Source: Octopus bimaculoides
Taxonomy: Eukaryota
Length of the DNA stretch: 64,000 nucleotides
Reading direction: 5' to 3'
NCBI RefSeq assembly: GCF_001194135.2
Contig: NC_068998.1
Coordinates: 26,420,030-26,484,029, forward strand
Positions 63,925 through 64,000 of this stretch are shown here, piece after piece. The notes beneath the pieces are model-generated. The model was given only the letters and a program-made list of their open reading frames with translations. It was not told where the DNA came from and did no database searches. Position 1 is the stretch's first letter. Each line of letters starts with the position of its first letter. Position numbers and translations under genes: made by a program.

Positions 63925-64000
<76 letters not shown>
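63925..64000. repeat. (GT)n running to the window end
   Basis: Direct reading. Confidence 0.95.

Overview
AT-rich, microsatellite-dense eukaryotic DNA with about 15 N-gaps, almost all flanked by simple repeats. The repeat families suggest an octopus (coleoid cephalopod) genome; this is inference from remembered repeat motifs, not a search. No complete protein-coding gene can be supported; nearly all long ORFs in the track are microsatellite or gap artefacts. The window holds: (i) about 20 copies of one tRNA-derived SINE (family A) and about 14 of a second (family B); (ii) decayed LINEs: three Tx1/L1-clade pieces, an RTE RT fragment, an R4/Dong-like C-terminus with a restriction-like endonuclease, and a CR1/L2/Jockey-like 3' piece; (iii) a near-complete but dead Chapaev3-like (CMC) transposase with one intact terminus; (iv) a hAT-like MITE; (v) several long inverted repeats; (vi) a few weak splice-bounded exon candidates. 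The most interesting signal is a set of Penelope-type minimal hammerhead-ribozyme motifs, two with intact catalytic cores. One of these is the 3' module of a tRNA-headed SINE (44723-44990). Repeat boundaries were read by eye and are approximate (about +/-10-30 bp) unless a motif is quoted.
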